NCBI GenBank assembly: GCA_964658305.1
Contig: OZ210885.1
Span: 20,212,001 to 20,276,000, forward strand
Reading direction: 5' to 3'
From: Leptogorgia sarmentosa
Taxonomy: Eukaryota
Length of the DNA stretch: 64,000 nucleotides
Shown here: piece after piece, positions 11,951-25,100 of the stretch
Layout: each line of letters opens with the position of its first letter
Numbering within the stretch: position 1 is the stretch's first letter
The notes under the pieces: model-generated
Told to the model about the DNA's origin: nothing
The model's input: the letters and a program-made list of their open reading frames with translations, nothing else
Databases searched by the model: none
Position numbers and translations under genes: made by a program

Positions 11951-14335
11951 GAAACATTCAAAAAGAACGACCGAGAAGAGAGAGATGAAAACCGGCATAC
12001 CTTAAGGACTATGTTCCACGTTGAACGTGAATGTAACTTTAAATTAATTGTTGAACTTAAATGAACCTTTAATCAAATTATAGACAATTAGGAACTAAGA
12101 AGGGGAAAAAAAATAAACACAATTATTATAGTATGTAGAATTATTATTAGAAATATAGTAACGTTCTAAATTAAGTTAGAAGGGATGTAATATCCTGACC
12201 TTTATGTAATATGCATGCACCTCATTATATATGTGTATTTAAATAGCTAGTAAATTATATTCAAAACCATTGCATGACTGCCACGTATGCAGTAAACATT
12301 ACAGTAGGGTGATGTTACCAAGAGAATCTTTAATTATTGGTTATGAAGAGCTTGTCGAATTATCGAGAACAAATTTCGCATTGCTACATCAAGATTCAGG
12401 GTCTTTAGAAGGCCAATAATTGCAAGCAAGTCAACTGCGAATTCTATCGCTAGAGCCGTGGTTGCTTTGCATAATTACCTGATGGTAATCAGGTCACACA
12501 CCAAAAGCAGTTACAACTATTGCCCACCTGGTTACATTGATGTTGATGCTGGTGCCTCACTTAAACCTGGTAACTGGCGAAGGGATACCCAATCGACTGC
12601 TGGACTAATTCCAATTGGTCAGACTGGGTCCAACAACTACTCGCAAAGTGTAAGTGCAGTGCGAGAAAGATGCAGGGAGTACTTTATTGGCCCTGAAGGG
12701 ACAGTTCCATGGCAAAATGACATTGCACTAGGCATAACAAATCCATTTGATAAAGCAGTTGGATTTTAAACTTTATTTAAATATTATATACAGTGTGTTG
12801 TATAAATAATACATCATTCAATTCCAGCAATGCCCATCTCCTCAGACAGTTGCACACTTAGCATTTTGATGTTCCAGATGTGCATAAACTGGAACTCCTG
12901 GAATTCACTAATGCATAATAATTTAATTTATGAATACAAATAATGAAATTGTTCTCATGTTAAATTAAAATAATTAATTGATGAATTAATAAATCTTTCA
13001 ACTGTTAAACATTGTGTAATCACTGTATTCGAAATATGTCCTTATGTGTAAAATTCACATAAGGATTTATAATACATTGCATAAATTATATTTTTGTTTA
13101 TTATACTTTTATATGTTAAAACATGTAGTTACACTCAAAATTTAATTCTACTCTTCAGAATCAGGAAATTTCAGAGTAAAAAGTAGCTGCTGGATTTGCA
13201 CCTTTGCCTTCATATTTTCTTTAGTTCCCAAAGATTTTAAAGTTGGGATTAAGCTTTGACAAAAAAAGTATCAGAATCAGATTCTCCAGATTTGGCTTCT
13301 GGCATTTCCTGTGTTGTTGGTTTGTCCAAGTCTTTTAATGCTCTCAGTAGCATTGTATCAACTTGGTCACTGGCTTTCCTAGCTCTGCTCACCGGTCTTT
13401 TTTCATGAGAACATATAACACCGTCCAATGTTTTTCTGTTCTTGACAGATGGTGTTTCTTCATCTTTGATTGTAACTACAGGTTGCTCTGGCAACAAAGA
13501 TGAATCTGCCGTTGATCCTAAACCAAGTTTCACATTGCTAACTGTATCTTGATTTCCAATTTTATCCTGCAGAAATGCTAAGTTTTCAAAATACTTGCAT
13601 GTCGACGTTTTACATGCAGCTGCGCCAGATCTCATTTCCCTGTTTCGCCTGTCAAGACATTGTTTCAAATTTTCTTTTAAATACTTTCACTGAAGCTTCA
13701 GGAAATCAACTAGAAAACAAAAAATATGATAATTATTAAAGACAAGCATCAGCATGTGTTAGGGAAAAGGAAACATTCTGCAAACCCTTTTCAGGCTGTG
13801 CAGGCTGAGTAAATATACGTATTATTATTTATACCTAAACACAACATGTTTTCACTTTTTAAGAACATAGTGTTCACAAAAGGTAAAAACCTGAGCTGCA
13901 TAACAAAAACAGAAACACAACAAAAGTCAAAAACAGTAATATCAGATGGCAACATTGAGTGTATTGGGCCTTTTTGTGGAAAATTTAAATAAAAGACCCC
14001 TCCCTTGTTGGAAATCTAGACCCCTCAATAGGGGGTGGCCTATATTACATGGAATGTCCTGTTCTATCCAGGACTGCAGATGAAGGCACGGCTGTCACCA
14101 GGCCTGTAACGAGATGCTAGGTTAATAAGTGGAAGCACGACAAAATAACCTGTATGTGGAAGCACTGGACGGTGCCAGCATAAAACCATATAGTATAAAA
14201 CAACAGCGTGTTTCAAAGCGTAGAGATTTTTAGTGTACAATATAAACGTTGTAAATTCTAGAGAAAGAGTACAAACGTTACATGGTGGCAGCGTGTGAGA
14301 GGACGAACTACAGCTGAGAAATAACCGTAAACAAC

Positions 14336-14728
14336 ATGGCTTCAGGATTTACTCTACCGCCACCGTCTGTACTTGATATTCATGACACAAACGTCGCCGA
14401 AAAGTGGAAAAAATTCCGCTTAGCATGGGACAATTACTCACTCGCAACCGAGCTAAACAAGAAAGGAGAAAATATACAAGTTGCGACTTTACTTACAATC
14501 ATCGGCGAAGATGCACGCGACGCATACTCAACGTTTAACTGGGATGAAGCAGGTGACAATACGAAAATTGCTTCAGTGTTGCAAAAGTTCGCTGAATATT
14601 GTCAGCCTCGCAAGAATATCCCTTTCGAAAGATATCGTTTTAATCGTCGAGCACAAGAGCCAGGAGAAACATACGACCAGTACCGAACGGCGCTGAGAAA
14701 ACTTGCTGAGGGTTGCGAGTTTCAAGCA
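14336..14728 (+). pseudogene. Gypsy 2 gag N-terminus, truncated by Harbinger 2
   Basis: QVATLLTIIGEDA...YCQPRKNIPFERYRFNRRAQEPGETYDQYRTALRKLAEGCEF. Confidence 0.92.
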
Positions 14729-15110
14729 ATAGGGACCTTAAGATTGGCGTATTTTTTTCACCGCAAACGTCAAGAAGTCATGTGACGAGTGCTTGAGGTA
14801 AATTTTGCCATTTGCGGTCGATGTTTCAACGTGAGGAGGTGCTTCCAGAGGTAAGTCACTTACTGCAAGATTTTTTGGGCAATTTTCATCGTCCAAATTC
14901 AGATTGAAGCCTTAAAACATGTTTCTTACTTATATTACAAATCAGATACTTGATTCATAACCTTCAAACGTTTATTTTAGACCATATGTTTTAATATTTA
15001 ACCACTTTTGTAAGTTTTGTGAGTAGCCATGTAAAGAAATTTGGCCACATACTCTGTCAAGTCTAGACAGTCTACACTACTACAAATAGAATTCTAATTC
15101 TTTTCAGGAA

Positions 15111-16266
15111 ATGGCTCCCTTTCGATGGCCGCTTTTGCAGCATGATGCCATGTTGTGCAAAGAGGTACTGGCGAGAAGACCATCTTCGCCAAGTGACTGG
15201 GACAGTATGGCAGAAACGTTGAGTGAGGTGTTTAGTACACAAGAAAAACAAGTTGAACTGAAAGGCAGGGGATGCAAAGAAAGGCTGGATCGGTTAATCG
15301 AAAAGTACACACAAAATGATAAGAAATCTCTTAAAAAGTAACTATATGTATCTATCTTATTTTCTGTTTTTAAAAGTACAATTTGCCATTATGAATATTG
15401 GTTGAAAATTTTGCCTGTTGTACCAGTGTGTGTATTTGGTATTTGAATATATATATGGGAATTAAAATCCTTCACAAACTTCCAATGTTTTGGAGTTGAG
15501 GGGGTTATAATTTGGCCATTGGAAGTGCTGGAGTGATGTTCAATTTGGTGACTTTGACTTTGTTCAGATCTGGCACAGAAGAAGAATACACCGAACTTCA
15601 GCAGTTGCTCGAGGATGTGAGTACCTACAAAAGGGATATGCAAGAACTAAAGGAAAGGAAGAGCAAAGAGAAAAGAAAAGAAAAAAGAGAAGGTGGAAAA
15701 GGGACTTGAAATGAGAGAGGAAGCTTTAATTGGAATGACAAGTAAATTTTATTAATTCATGAATATGTGATACATTGCTGGTGAATATTAGTTGGGGTCA
15801 CTGATACATTGAGCACAACCCTTTTCTTTCAGAGAGAAAGCAGGCAAGCATCAGTAGTAACTCAGATGATGAAGATAATTATGACAAGTATAATGAAGAT
15901 GAGTCTAGTAGTAAACCAGTGTCAAAAGGTATACAACCAGAGTTGAACATTGTGGAAAGTACTGAAGAATACTATACAAAATTTTATGGGAAGTTTTTTT
16001 ATTGCCTAATATTAATATTTGCTTTGATTTCAATTTTAGGATGTCAAAAGAAGAAGCGAGTCAGCAAACATTCTGTACTTCAAATGATGCAAGATAAATT
16101 TGAACGAAAAGCAAGCCTTAAAGAACAAGAGCTACACCAGAGAAAGCTAGAGTTTGAACTGGAAAAAGCAAAATTTGATTTGGAGGCTAATGAGCGGAAA
16201 CAAAGGCTAAACATAGAAATGGAAGAAAGAAGGGCATTCCTAAATTTGATGAAAGACAAGTTATAG
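15111..16266 (+). pseudogene. Harbinger 2 Myb/SANT-like accessory gene (about 4 exons), coiled-coil C-terminus
   Basis: LCKEVLARRP...WDSMAETL...RGCKERLDRLIEKY...SLKK|SGTEEEYTELQQLLEDV; GT-AG introns; frameshift in exon 2. Confidence 0.8.
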
Positions 16267-16569
16267 ACAAAAGTATTTGACTTCTTCCGAAACAACACCT
16301 ATTGTATATTTGTTTCAAATTTTTGTGGCATACAGTACTTGTTTAAATTGGATGTATGCTTATGTTTTTAATCTTGTGTGTATAATAAATACAGTATATA
16401 TAAGAATATTTTAATTTAATATTTACATATTTATTAAATTAATGAATTATAATAAATGTTAACAAGAAGTCATCATTATAAAATCAATTGTCAAATATAT
16501 ATATATATATATTAAAAATTGCTTTTGGGTGACTTAATTTTGGCTTAATATCAACCACTGATACTGTAT

Positions 16570-17399
16570 CTAATTCCTGTTGCCCAGATGCTCTTCAAGG
16601 AGAGGAGGATCCAAATCAAAAAATGAACTCGTAATAGAGCCATAGAGGCATGTGTGACAGTTGGTTAATAATGCTCCAACTGTATAGTACTTTGCAACAG
16701 GTTGGAGAAGTACCTTTAAATTCTTGCGGAAATCTAGGTATGCAAAGTACTGAACAACTTTACCAAAGCCCCACTCCACGCTAACACGAACTTCACTCAT
16801 TTGATGGTTAAATTGCTGTTGTAATTGAGTAACACGTGCACCCTTGAATGGAGATATGACATTAGCTGACATCCCATAGGCAGGGTCACCGTACACAACA
16901 TAGGGTTCACCATCAGGCTTTGTAATCCTTTCGAGCTGTGGTAGCAGACCACTGACACCCAACATAAAGGCGTCATGTCATCTTCCCTCTATGGGCCCAA
17001 ATAAGTTGGCAATCAAGCCATTTGGAGCGATGACTGACTAAAGGTGAAGAGAGTATAAGTTACATTTTTAGTGTATCATGCCTGAGGACACACATTTCCA
17101 ATTCTATGATCAAAACATTTGGCTATGATGCATCATCCTGTTAAATTAATATAAATTAATTTGTTTTTAGCCACACCTGAAACTTTATGCAATGAACTCT
17201 TTTGTGTCCACTGTACATGATATTTTGATTTCTTATTGGTCGAGCAATGGGACGAGCAGTTCCATCAATAAACCCCCCAACACTGGGTTAATGGAGCTCC
17301 TTTTTGATGAATGGCGTTGGACAGAACTTCAGGATCTAGCCAAACTAAGTCCAATGATGTTAGCAAATGACTGAACCTTGTAAAGATGTCACTAATAAC
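16570..17399 (-). pseudogene. Harbinger 2 DDE_Tnp_4 transposase, 3' exons
   Basis: VWGFIDGTARPIARP...YSGHKRVHCIKFQ; GPIEGR*HDA; YGDPAY; RVSVEWGFG; LLTNCHTCLYG. Confidence 0.92.
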
Positions 17400-17513
17400 C
17401 TAAAATGCAGAGTTATAATTTTTGCATCTAAAGACCACGCATTAAAGCAAGTCAAGAAAGTAAAAACGACAATTACAGCCTACGGCGGGTCCTGACTTCC
17501 AGTTGTTGGGCAA

Positions 17514-19541
17514 GTGGTCATACGCGTTTGGCGGGACCAGTTTAGATGCCTACTTGATTGCAAGCTCGTCGACAGCACAGACATTCGTCCAATCCTCGGC
17601 CGGAAAGCATGTATTGGAATGAACATTATCAAATATACGGACAATGATGCAATCAACAAGCCACAAACGGACGGCGCTCCAGTTCATGCCATGGAAGATG
17701 CAGCACACCCTACCACGGTTCCGGCAGCCATGACGAAAGAGAGTCTGGTGGAGAATTTCTCCAAGGTCTTCACAGAAGATATCGGGCAGCTCGATGGGGA
17801 ATATCACATCAAAGTTGACCCCACAATTACTCCAGTCCAACATGCACCGCGTCGTGTGCCAGTTGCACTCAGAGCCAGTTACAACTTGAAGGAAGAAGTG
17901 ACCATCCAGTGCGATGCTTCTCAAACAGGGCTAGGAGCAGCTCTGTTACAAAATGGTCAACCAGTCGCTTATGCATCTCGGGCACTCACCCAGGCTGAAA
18001 CACGATATGCTCAAATAGAAAAGGAACTGCTAGCGATCGTATTCGCCTGTGAAAGATTCGATACATACGTCTATGGGCGAGAGTTGGTAACAGTCGAGAC
18101 AGACCATAAGACCCTAGAAACCATTGTTCTCAAGCCCCTGCATTCGGCACCTCAACGCCTGCAAAGGATGCTCTTGAGGCTTCAGAAGTACAGCCTGAAA
18201 TTGAAATACAAGAAAGGGAAAGATATGTTCCTGGCAGATACTCTGAGCAGGGCGTATCTACCCGAAGTCAATGTTTGCGAGGTCATACACGAGTTAGAAG
18301 AAGTCGACCACAAGATCCCACTTCCAGTCAGTGATGCGCATTGGCATCAAATCAAGAGTGCTGCAGCAGATGATCAGGTTTTCCAAAAACTGCGATCAAC
18401 AATTCATCTCGGTTGGCCAAACAACAGATCCGACGTGCACCAGTGCCTCCACCCATTCTACGACATACGCGATGAGTTAACCATCCAGGGCGAGCTGATA
18501 TTCAAGGGGCAACAATTGGTTGTGCCGGCTTCGCTGCGCAAAGAGTTTATGGCAGTGATACATGCCTCTCACATCGGCATTGAAGCATGCATCCGACGGG
18601 CAAGGGACAGCCTTTATTGGCCCAGAATGTCAACCGAACTAAAAGAATATATCTCGAAGTGTGATGTATGTCTTGCGTACCGTAACTCACCAGGCAAAGA
18701 GCCATTAGTCCAACACGAAGTTGTAGCCAGAGCATGGTCAAAGGTAGGGGCGGACCTGTGTGAACTAAACGGACGTACACTGTTAGTCACGGTTGATTAC
18801 TACAGCAACTTTATAGAAGTTGCTCGGGTAACCTCAACCACCACAAGAAGCATTGTCAAGGAGCTGAAAGCAATGTTCGCTCGCTATGGAGTTCCCGATG
18901 TCTTAATCACAGACAACGGACCCCAGTTCATTTCAGCCGAGTTTGCGGTGTTCGCAAGAACGTGGGACTTTGAGCACATCACATCATCACCACACCACCC
19001 CCAATCCAACGGGAAAGCCGAGAACGCAGTACAGACGGTGAAAAGGCTGTTCAAGAAATGCAAGGAGTCGGGTCAATCGGAGTTTTTGGCACTCCTCGAC
19101 TGGAGAAACACACCCACAGAAGGTGTTGGCACAAGTCCTGCCCAGCGCCTGATGGGACGTCGGTGCAAGACACTACTTCCTATCGCTGGTACCCTTCTCA
19201 AACCCCAATGCACTCCTGAAGAAGATACTCAAGCACTCGTTGGAAGGAAGAAACGGCAGCAATACTATTATGACAGAAGCGCAAAACCGAGAAAGCCAAT
19301 TACTCCTGGAGAGACCGTGCGTTTAAAGCTCCCTGGTCAAGAAAAATGGAGTGCGGGCACGTGTACCCAACAAGTAGATTCCAGAAGTTACGTAGTCAAG
19401 GTGGGCGACAATGAGTACAGACGTAACCACAAGCAGCTCATACAAGCACAGGAGCCACCCATTTACCAGAGACCAGAAGAAGCGGGTGAAGAAACACCAA
19501 CATCCGACCATCCTAAGCTCCCAACCCCAGTGCCTGAGTAG
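17514..19541 (+). CDS. Gypsy 2 pol remnant: protease end fused in frame to RNase H and integrase (no RT)
   Basis: ILGRKAC; QHAPRRVPVALRA jumps directly to QCDASQTGLGA/YAQIEKELLA; H..H/C..C zinc motif; TDNGPQF; SNGKAENAV. No YxDD motif. Confidence 0.92.
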   Translation: MVIRVWRDQFRCLLDCKLVDSTDIRPILGRKACIGMNIIKYTDNDAINKPQTDGAPVHAMEDAAHPTTVPAAMTKESLVENFSKVFTEDIGQLDGEYHIKVDPTITPVQHAPRRVPVALRASYNLKEEVTIQCDASQTGLGAALLQNGQPVAYASRALTQAETRYAQIEKELLAIVFACERFDTYVYGRELVTVETDHKTLETIVLKPLHSAPQRLQRMLLRLQKYSLKLKYKKGKDMFLADTLSRAYLPEVNVCEVIHELEEVDHKIPLPVSDAHWHQIKSAAADDQVFQKLRSTIHLGWPNNRSDVHQCLHPFYDIRDELTIQGELIFKGQQLVVPASLRKEFMAVIHASHIGIEACIRRARDSLYWPRMSTELKEYISKCDVCLAYRNSPGKEPLVQHEVVARAWSKVGADLCELNGRTLLVTVDYYSNFIEVARVTSTTTRSIVKELKAMFARYGVPDVLITDNGPQFISAEFAVFARTWDFEHITSSPHHPQSNGKAENAVQTVKRLFKKCKESGQSEFLALLDWRNTPTEGVGTSPAQRLMGRRCKTLLPIAGTLLKPQCTPEEDTQALVGRKKRQQYYYDRSAKPRKPITPGETVRLKLPGQEKWSAGTCTQQVDSRSYVVKVGDNEYRRNHKQLIQAQEPPIYQRPEEAGEETPTSDHPKLPTPVPE

Positions 19542-22105
19542 CATCGAGATCCGAGCAGCCAGCAAACCCAATACAATGGTCCGACTGTCCCCTCAGGCCC
19601 TCGAAGGTCTGCACGCCAACCCAAGACACCGGGAAGGCATAGTGACTATATTAAGACATAGACAGCCATGGAAACTATAACCAGGAACTCTATTATTATA
19701 AGTTGTTGTGTTTTGGATAGTTTTGTTCATTTATTTCGTTATGAAAGGAAAGATGTAAGGAGATGCTAGGTTAATAAGTGGAAGCACGACAAAATAACCT
19801 GTATGTGGAAGCACTGGACAGCGCCAGCATAAAACCATATAGTATAAAACAACAGCGTGTTTCAAAGCGTAGAGATTTTTAGTGTACAATATAAACGTTG
19901 TAAATTCTAGAGAAAGAGTACAAATGTTACAAGGCCTATTTGTTTTAGGGGTTTAATCACTATGGACAGTATAAATAATCGTATACACAAACTGACCATC
20001 TTTGCTAAATTTTTGAGCAATCTGTTCCCATGCAATTTTCTTTCTGTTTGCTTCTTTGTGAACCATCAACGAGATGTTCCACAAGCAAGGACGACTTCTG
20101 ACTTCCTCTATCAAACCCTCGGCAGTGTATTCCTTGAGAAATGCTTCTTCTCCTGGTTCTCCATTATTGTCAACATCTACTGCTTTTTCACCTGACACAG
20201 TATATTCTATCACACTGACACCAACTGCAGTATTATAAATACAAACATATAAAATGAACAAACCTCCGAGTTCACTGTCTGAGTTGTGACGAGTTTTAAT
20301 ACATGCCAGTCAAAAACATTAAATAATCACACCAAACCAGTTCATATAGAGCTAGGCATTTATTATTAGTCGAATGTCAAACTTCAAAAGGGTCTTAATA
20401 TACGGTATAAATTTTTTTATAAATTGGCCACGATAGTGAGTATATTTATAATTTGTGTACAATAACTTCAGTGATACAAATACCTTAGAAACATGCTAAA
20501 GTAGCTTATTAACATTCAAATTTTATACTTAAGAGAACCATCTAACATGAATAACTTTTATTCTACTCAAGAAGAAACAGAGGAATTTGATTTGACATGA
20601 TTGTGTGCTTCGTCTCAATATGCCTTACAAATCAACTGTTGCCATGTAGTTCAATGTAAATCAATTGTGTTCATTTATTGTTCATCATAGTGCCATAGAT
20701 TTCACGCAAAATATGTTAATAATGATGTATTGTCATTTGAGGAAAAGTGTTAGACTGTGTTTAATATTGAATAGAAACTTCTACCAAGTTCTACCGCATG
20801 CGAATCGCTGATGTCAAATGCTACAATGTACTATTGTCATTCATGATAGCTAACAGCATGTAAGTTTACATATTGATTGGCTGTTTCTCTAGGTTGCAGT
20901 GAAGCTAGATACTGAATCATACTTTAAGTACAACTCCTAAAATTCTCAGCACAGGCTGCACATAATATATATAATAATAAAGTCGAAATGTATTTGTTAT
21001 GTGATAAGCAGTATGCTATTGTACAAGCTGTATCTTATTCTTTTGCTCATTCTCACATAAAATAAGGGTGAAGATAGAATTCAGTATCAATGTACAACTG
21101 CAAAGAAGTTGAATACTTTTAATATGTCTAGTATACTACACTGCAAACCAATATTTATGAAACAAATATTTCAAACAATGTTGGAAGTGTATAAAAACCG
21201 TAGAGTTTGTAAAATATTGTACAGCACTTCTAGGGTAATACCATGTTTGATATATATACTCCACAGTAATTCTTGATTGTTAATATCTTTCATGGAATAA
21301 ATAAGAAATATATTTTGTGGTCCGTGTTGGATAGGTCATATTTTATACAAATAGTCGAACTGCTTCCAGTTATCTTTGATTTATTAATTCTACATCACAC
21401 ACACTCACACAGTATATATAAAGTAAATCTGTTTGACTTATTGGACACTTTGACACTAGCAACTACATATCCCAATGTATCCGTTGCTTCTATGTATTTC
21501 ATAGTTTGTTTTTCATAGCTTGCTTATACAATATGTTCATACGGCTTTCCTCTCCAAGCACCTCTGGCCCTGTTGTTTATTGAAATCTGATCCAACTTGC
21601 GTCGCGAAATGTAACTTGACACTCAATATTACACAGGAAGTATTTGCATAACAAATACGATTTTTTTAGAGTTCTTTTACTTCTAATTTCATGTTGCAAA
21701 TATGAATACTATTGTCCGAATCCAGAACACAACTTGCAATTAAATAAAGCCAAACCAATTCACTCCCCTACCACCCCTCCCTAAGTCACATTTTCATTTT
21801 TCCCCAAAATCTGGGGATTTGCATGACCAGCCCCAGCCCAACACATCCTCAGTACTAGATTACCAATAATAGGTATATGTCAAATGCTCCTAAATTACCA
21901 TTTATTGGCAATACAACGTGCATCGGTGGCTTCGTACCCAGGACACTACGATTGCAAATGCTGCGGATGTAATTCGCGGCCAATCGCGGGATATTCACTT
22001 TTATCTGTGCTTTTATACTGTATCCTGTATCCAATCTTTGGTTTATAGTGCATTTTGGCATTTGAACGGTCACAAAAGTTTTGTGAGCCCCTTGAAAAAA
22101 GGCTG

Positions 22106-25100
22106 ATGGTATGATTCATGAAGTTATACAGAAATAGTTCACCTTTAATGTGTAGATATTAATGTTTGAGCATCTCATAATTGTATAAATTTGCATATAC
22201 GCACACATTCAAATTATTATATTTATTTGCATCGCTAATCTCTGAACTTTCAATATATTTATGGTTTGTTAAGGCTAGTTATCCGAAACGATGTTCGAAG
22301 TGTGACAGCGACAATGGTCTAGCAGCAAAAAGATGCCGTATATGCAAAGAGACGATAACAAGCGTGAACGAAACGAATGAAGATGATACACAGCAGATAT
22401 TAAACATGGGTAAAACAAACCCAACAAAACAGTTCAATATGTTAAAAAAGCGTGTAAGTACAGCATAGTAAATAGTTTTTTAATATATAATGTTAGCCCT
22501 ATATGAGGTAAATAGTTTGGTATATTATATTAGCCCTCAAAATTAGGTTATAAACCACTCTTATATTGCAGAAAGACTATAGGGTTTCTGACCCTAGCAG
22601 AAGGGTTACAGAAGGGTTACTACCCCAGTAAGCATATTACCACATTGCATTTACAGGCTATTTTGAATTATATTTAGTCAACAAATTATATTATGCAGCC
22701 AACAAAGGCATAATATCTTGCTGCCAACACTTGCATACAGGCATAATATTTTCAAATACAACAGGTGTAGTTACCACACATAGGTACATAGGGTTTCCCT
22801 TGTTAGCCTAGCTGTAACCGTACTGCATGCAGGCAAACACTAACTACATTTTTAGTTAGTTAACCCGATCATTAGGATTACCCTGCTCCATGTATGTAAA
22901 TACAGTATTTTCTAGCACTACCCCCAATAATTGCAAGGTCTCACTTGGTCTGATGTATACTATAAAGCAAGGTCAATTATGGATTGATACCATCCAAATG
23001 TAATGTTCAAACCTTTTTAGATCAGACTCCAACTTTTGAAATTTATTTTCGTTTTATATATCTAGTTCCAGAACAATACTTGATTAAATAAGCCACTAGC
23101 TTGAAATGTGCTATTTAGCTTTTTGTAGTTATTCTTTTTATTACAAAGAATAATAAGGAAGAAAGAATAATATCTTTGTATTACAAAGGTATTTTACTCT
23201 TTCTGCCCACAGACGATTCTACTTGTTATTGGTAGGATACTGCCACTCTATTAAATGGTTGTTTTGCCAGTATCAGTATCTCTCGCATGATTTTGCAATG
23301 CCAGATAAGCAAAAGTTACAGTAGTGCTGCCATTCAACAGAGAGAACTACAGTATTTAAGATAGCTGATATTAATAATGTTTTTACACAAGAGTTGACTA
23401 CAGGATTAAAAGAAAGATTATCTGTATATTGCAGGGTCTGAATGAGAAAAACTGTGCCCAACGTCTTGAAAAGGCCGAGCCTGAAGGGTGAGGGATGTTT
23501 TCAAGGCCAAGGGCACAGTTTTTCTCTTCATGACCAAAGCTTCTGGTAAATAACGTGTATTTTTTGTAAATAACGTGTGTTTATTTTTTATCCATCCTTT
23601 GCACAATAACAATGCTAGGAGACCCAAACATCTAAAATATGTAGCGATATCACGGAAAGAAAATTAGATTGCAATTAAAAAGGAATTGTTGAAAAAACAC
23701 AGAAATATTCAAGATGTATTTAATTTTTTTTTGTTGCATTTTCTGGACGTTGCTGCATGCTTGATAAACAACGTATAGTTTTTAAGTTCAGTAAAACTGC
23801 TTGGAGCAAGATATACGTTAACATCTTCAGGATAATAACATCTGCTTTCATGATCACTATAGTCTATTGTTGCAAGAGGAGGTCGGCTCAATAAGTTTCT
23901 TAACCTAAAAGGGAGGGTTTAAATCTGTATGAAAATGTGATACTGGTTGGATTAAGTGAAGCTCGTAAATTTTACTGTTTTGTGTGTGCCAGTAGTGATT
24001 TGCATGCACTTTACTGATAATTATTGAGTGTAAAAATTCTATTGTTAGCAGCATTGTCGGTTGTGCATAAGTCTAATTTTTCTATGTGGATTAAGTGATA
24101 TCATTCCAAGTTAGTTGCGAAGTCAATCCATATCAATACTAGTACCAGTAACTAGTCCTCTTTTAGTCTTAAAATCAGTTTGTAGTTCATGGTGTGTAAG
24201 TACAGTAGCCTGAGTGCTTTAGATTTGTTTATTTTGTTTTGAACATAATTCCCCTAATCATTAACAAAATAAGGATGGACCCAAGGATCAAGGTTTCCAA
24301 GCATGTGAGATTTTAAAATCTAACAACTGCCACAGTTACATGACAAGCTGCATGACAAGTTGTATCACTTGTATGAGAAATGTATAGTACATATAGTGGA
24401 GCATCTATATACGTACCTTGGTCTTACCGTTGATGTAGGCTATAATTTACCATTAATGGTAATGTTATGTGTTCCATCACATTAACAACTCAGATGATTT
24501 TGAATGTGTTGACACGAATTTCATCTGACTGAACTCTGGCTGTTTTCTTATATAATTTTATTATACAACATTCATTGAATTTCCAGTAATACGATCACTC
24601 TCACGCGCTTCAGTAATTTACAGTATGAAAGTTCACAGTAGGAACGTTTCACTGGCCACCATGATATAATTTTTGCCACAAGTTTTTGTCCCTGAATATC
24701 TAAGTTAGAAGTACAGCTATGCCTTTATTTGATACAGAAAAAACCAAATTTCTTTCCAGTGGATATCAAAATTTATTGAGCTATAAACGTCTGCCCAAAA
24801 TTGACGAAGAGGTCATATATTTTACTCCTCATAATTAGTGTTAATCAACTGTTAAATCAATTTTTTTATACACTGCATTTAGGCAAAAATACTGAATCTT
24901 CGTCATGATTGGGACATCGTGGTAATGGCCACTCATAAGCATGTACGGGGTAGCAGTTTTGTGACATTTGGAACTGCTGGACTGGCAGCCAATTTTATTG
25001 GAACTGCAAATAATCCCAGTCCAACTGGAAATTGTACATTAAGTTACATTTTGCTTTCAAGAAATTTCCTAATATATATGATATATTCTTTTTCCTACTC

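Larger units (their letters stand above)
8850..12303 (+). mobile_element. Gypsy/Ty3 LTR retrotransposon 1, non-autonomous (RT and RNase H deleted)
   Basis: 118-bp LTRs 8850-8967 and 12186-12303 (TG..CA, 1 mismatch seen), 5-bp TSD GTAGG, PBS TGGCGACGAGGATG (tRNA-Ser-like), PPT agaaggga, gag with CCHC knuckle, protease DSGA, integrase. Confidence 0.97.
8021..12769 (+). pseudogene. Harbinger DDE_Tnp_4 (HARBI1-like) transposase, split by Gypsy element 1
   Basis: FRMS...ISPKERLCVTLRYL; CIGAIDGKHV; DVGDAGRQSDGG; FVADDAFPL...MKPYPG before 8849; resumes IFNY...IIEN...RFRVFRRPI...VALHNYL after 12308. Stops and frameshifts present. Confidence 0.92.
14729..17420. mobile_element. Harbinger-superfamily element 2 nested in Gypsy 2; right part deleted
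   Basis: Left end atagggaccttaagat at the gag breakpoint; Myb/SANT-like gene on + and DDE_Tnp_4 transposase on -; abrupt junction to the Gypsy protease region near 17420. Confidence 0.85.
14105..19931 (+). mobile_element. Gypsy/Ty3 LTR retrotransposon 2, non-autonomous (RT deleted, gag interrupted)
   Basis: 178-bp LTRs 14105-14282 and 19754-19931 (few mismatches), TSD AGGCC, PBS TGGTGGCAGCG (tRNA-Leu-like), PPT gaaaggaaaga. Confidence 0.97.
13150..20224 (-). pseudogene. Harbinger 1 accessory MADF-BESS DNA-binding protein; its intron contains Gypsy element 2
   Basis: Exon ~20224-19998 LIEEVRSRPCLWN...KKIAWEQIA splices to exon 13710-13150 VDFLKLQ*KYLKENL...KYFENLAFL...DSDTFF..SLIPTLKSL...VQIQQLLF; Trp>stop and frameshift. 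Confidence 0.85.
7920..20230. mobile_element. PIF/Harbinger element 1 (transposase + convergent MADF-BESS gene), hosting two Gypsy insertions; right TIR not found
   Basis: Candidate left TIR aggctggtttccagt at 7920; two-gene convergent layout typical of Harbinger. Confidence 0.75.

Noticed and set aside
20300..21800. host gene or right TIR of Harbinger 1
   Set aside because: No credible exon and no reverse complement of the 7920 terminus seen.
21831..21838. 8-bp TSD for the KDZ element
   Set aside because: The 8-mers CCCCAGCC and CCCAGCCA do not match; only 7 bp is identical given the CAACAC termini.
21918..22106. ORF MHRWLRTQDTTIANAAD, also seen at 51768
   Set aside because: The shared peptide is simply the TIR translated from a GTG.
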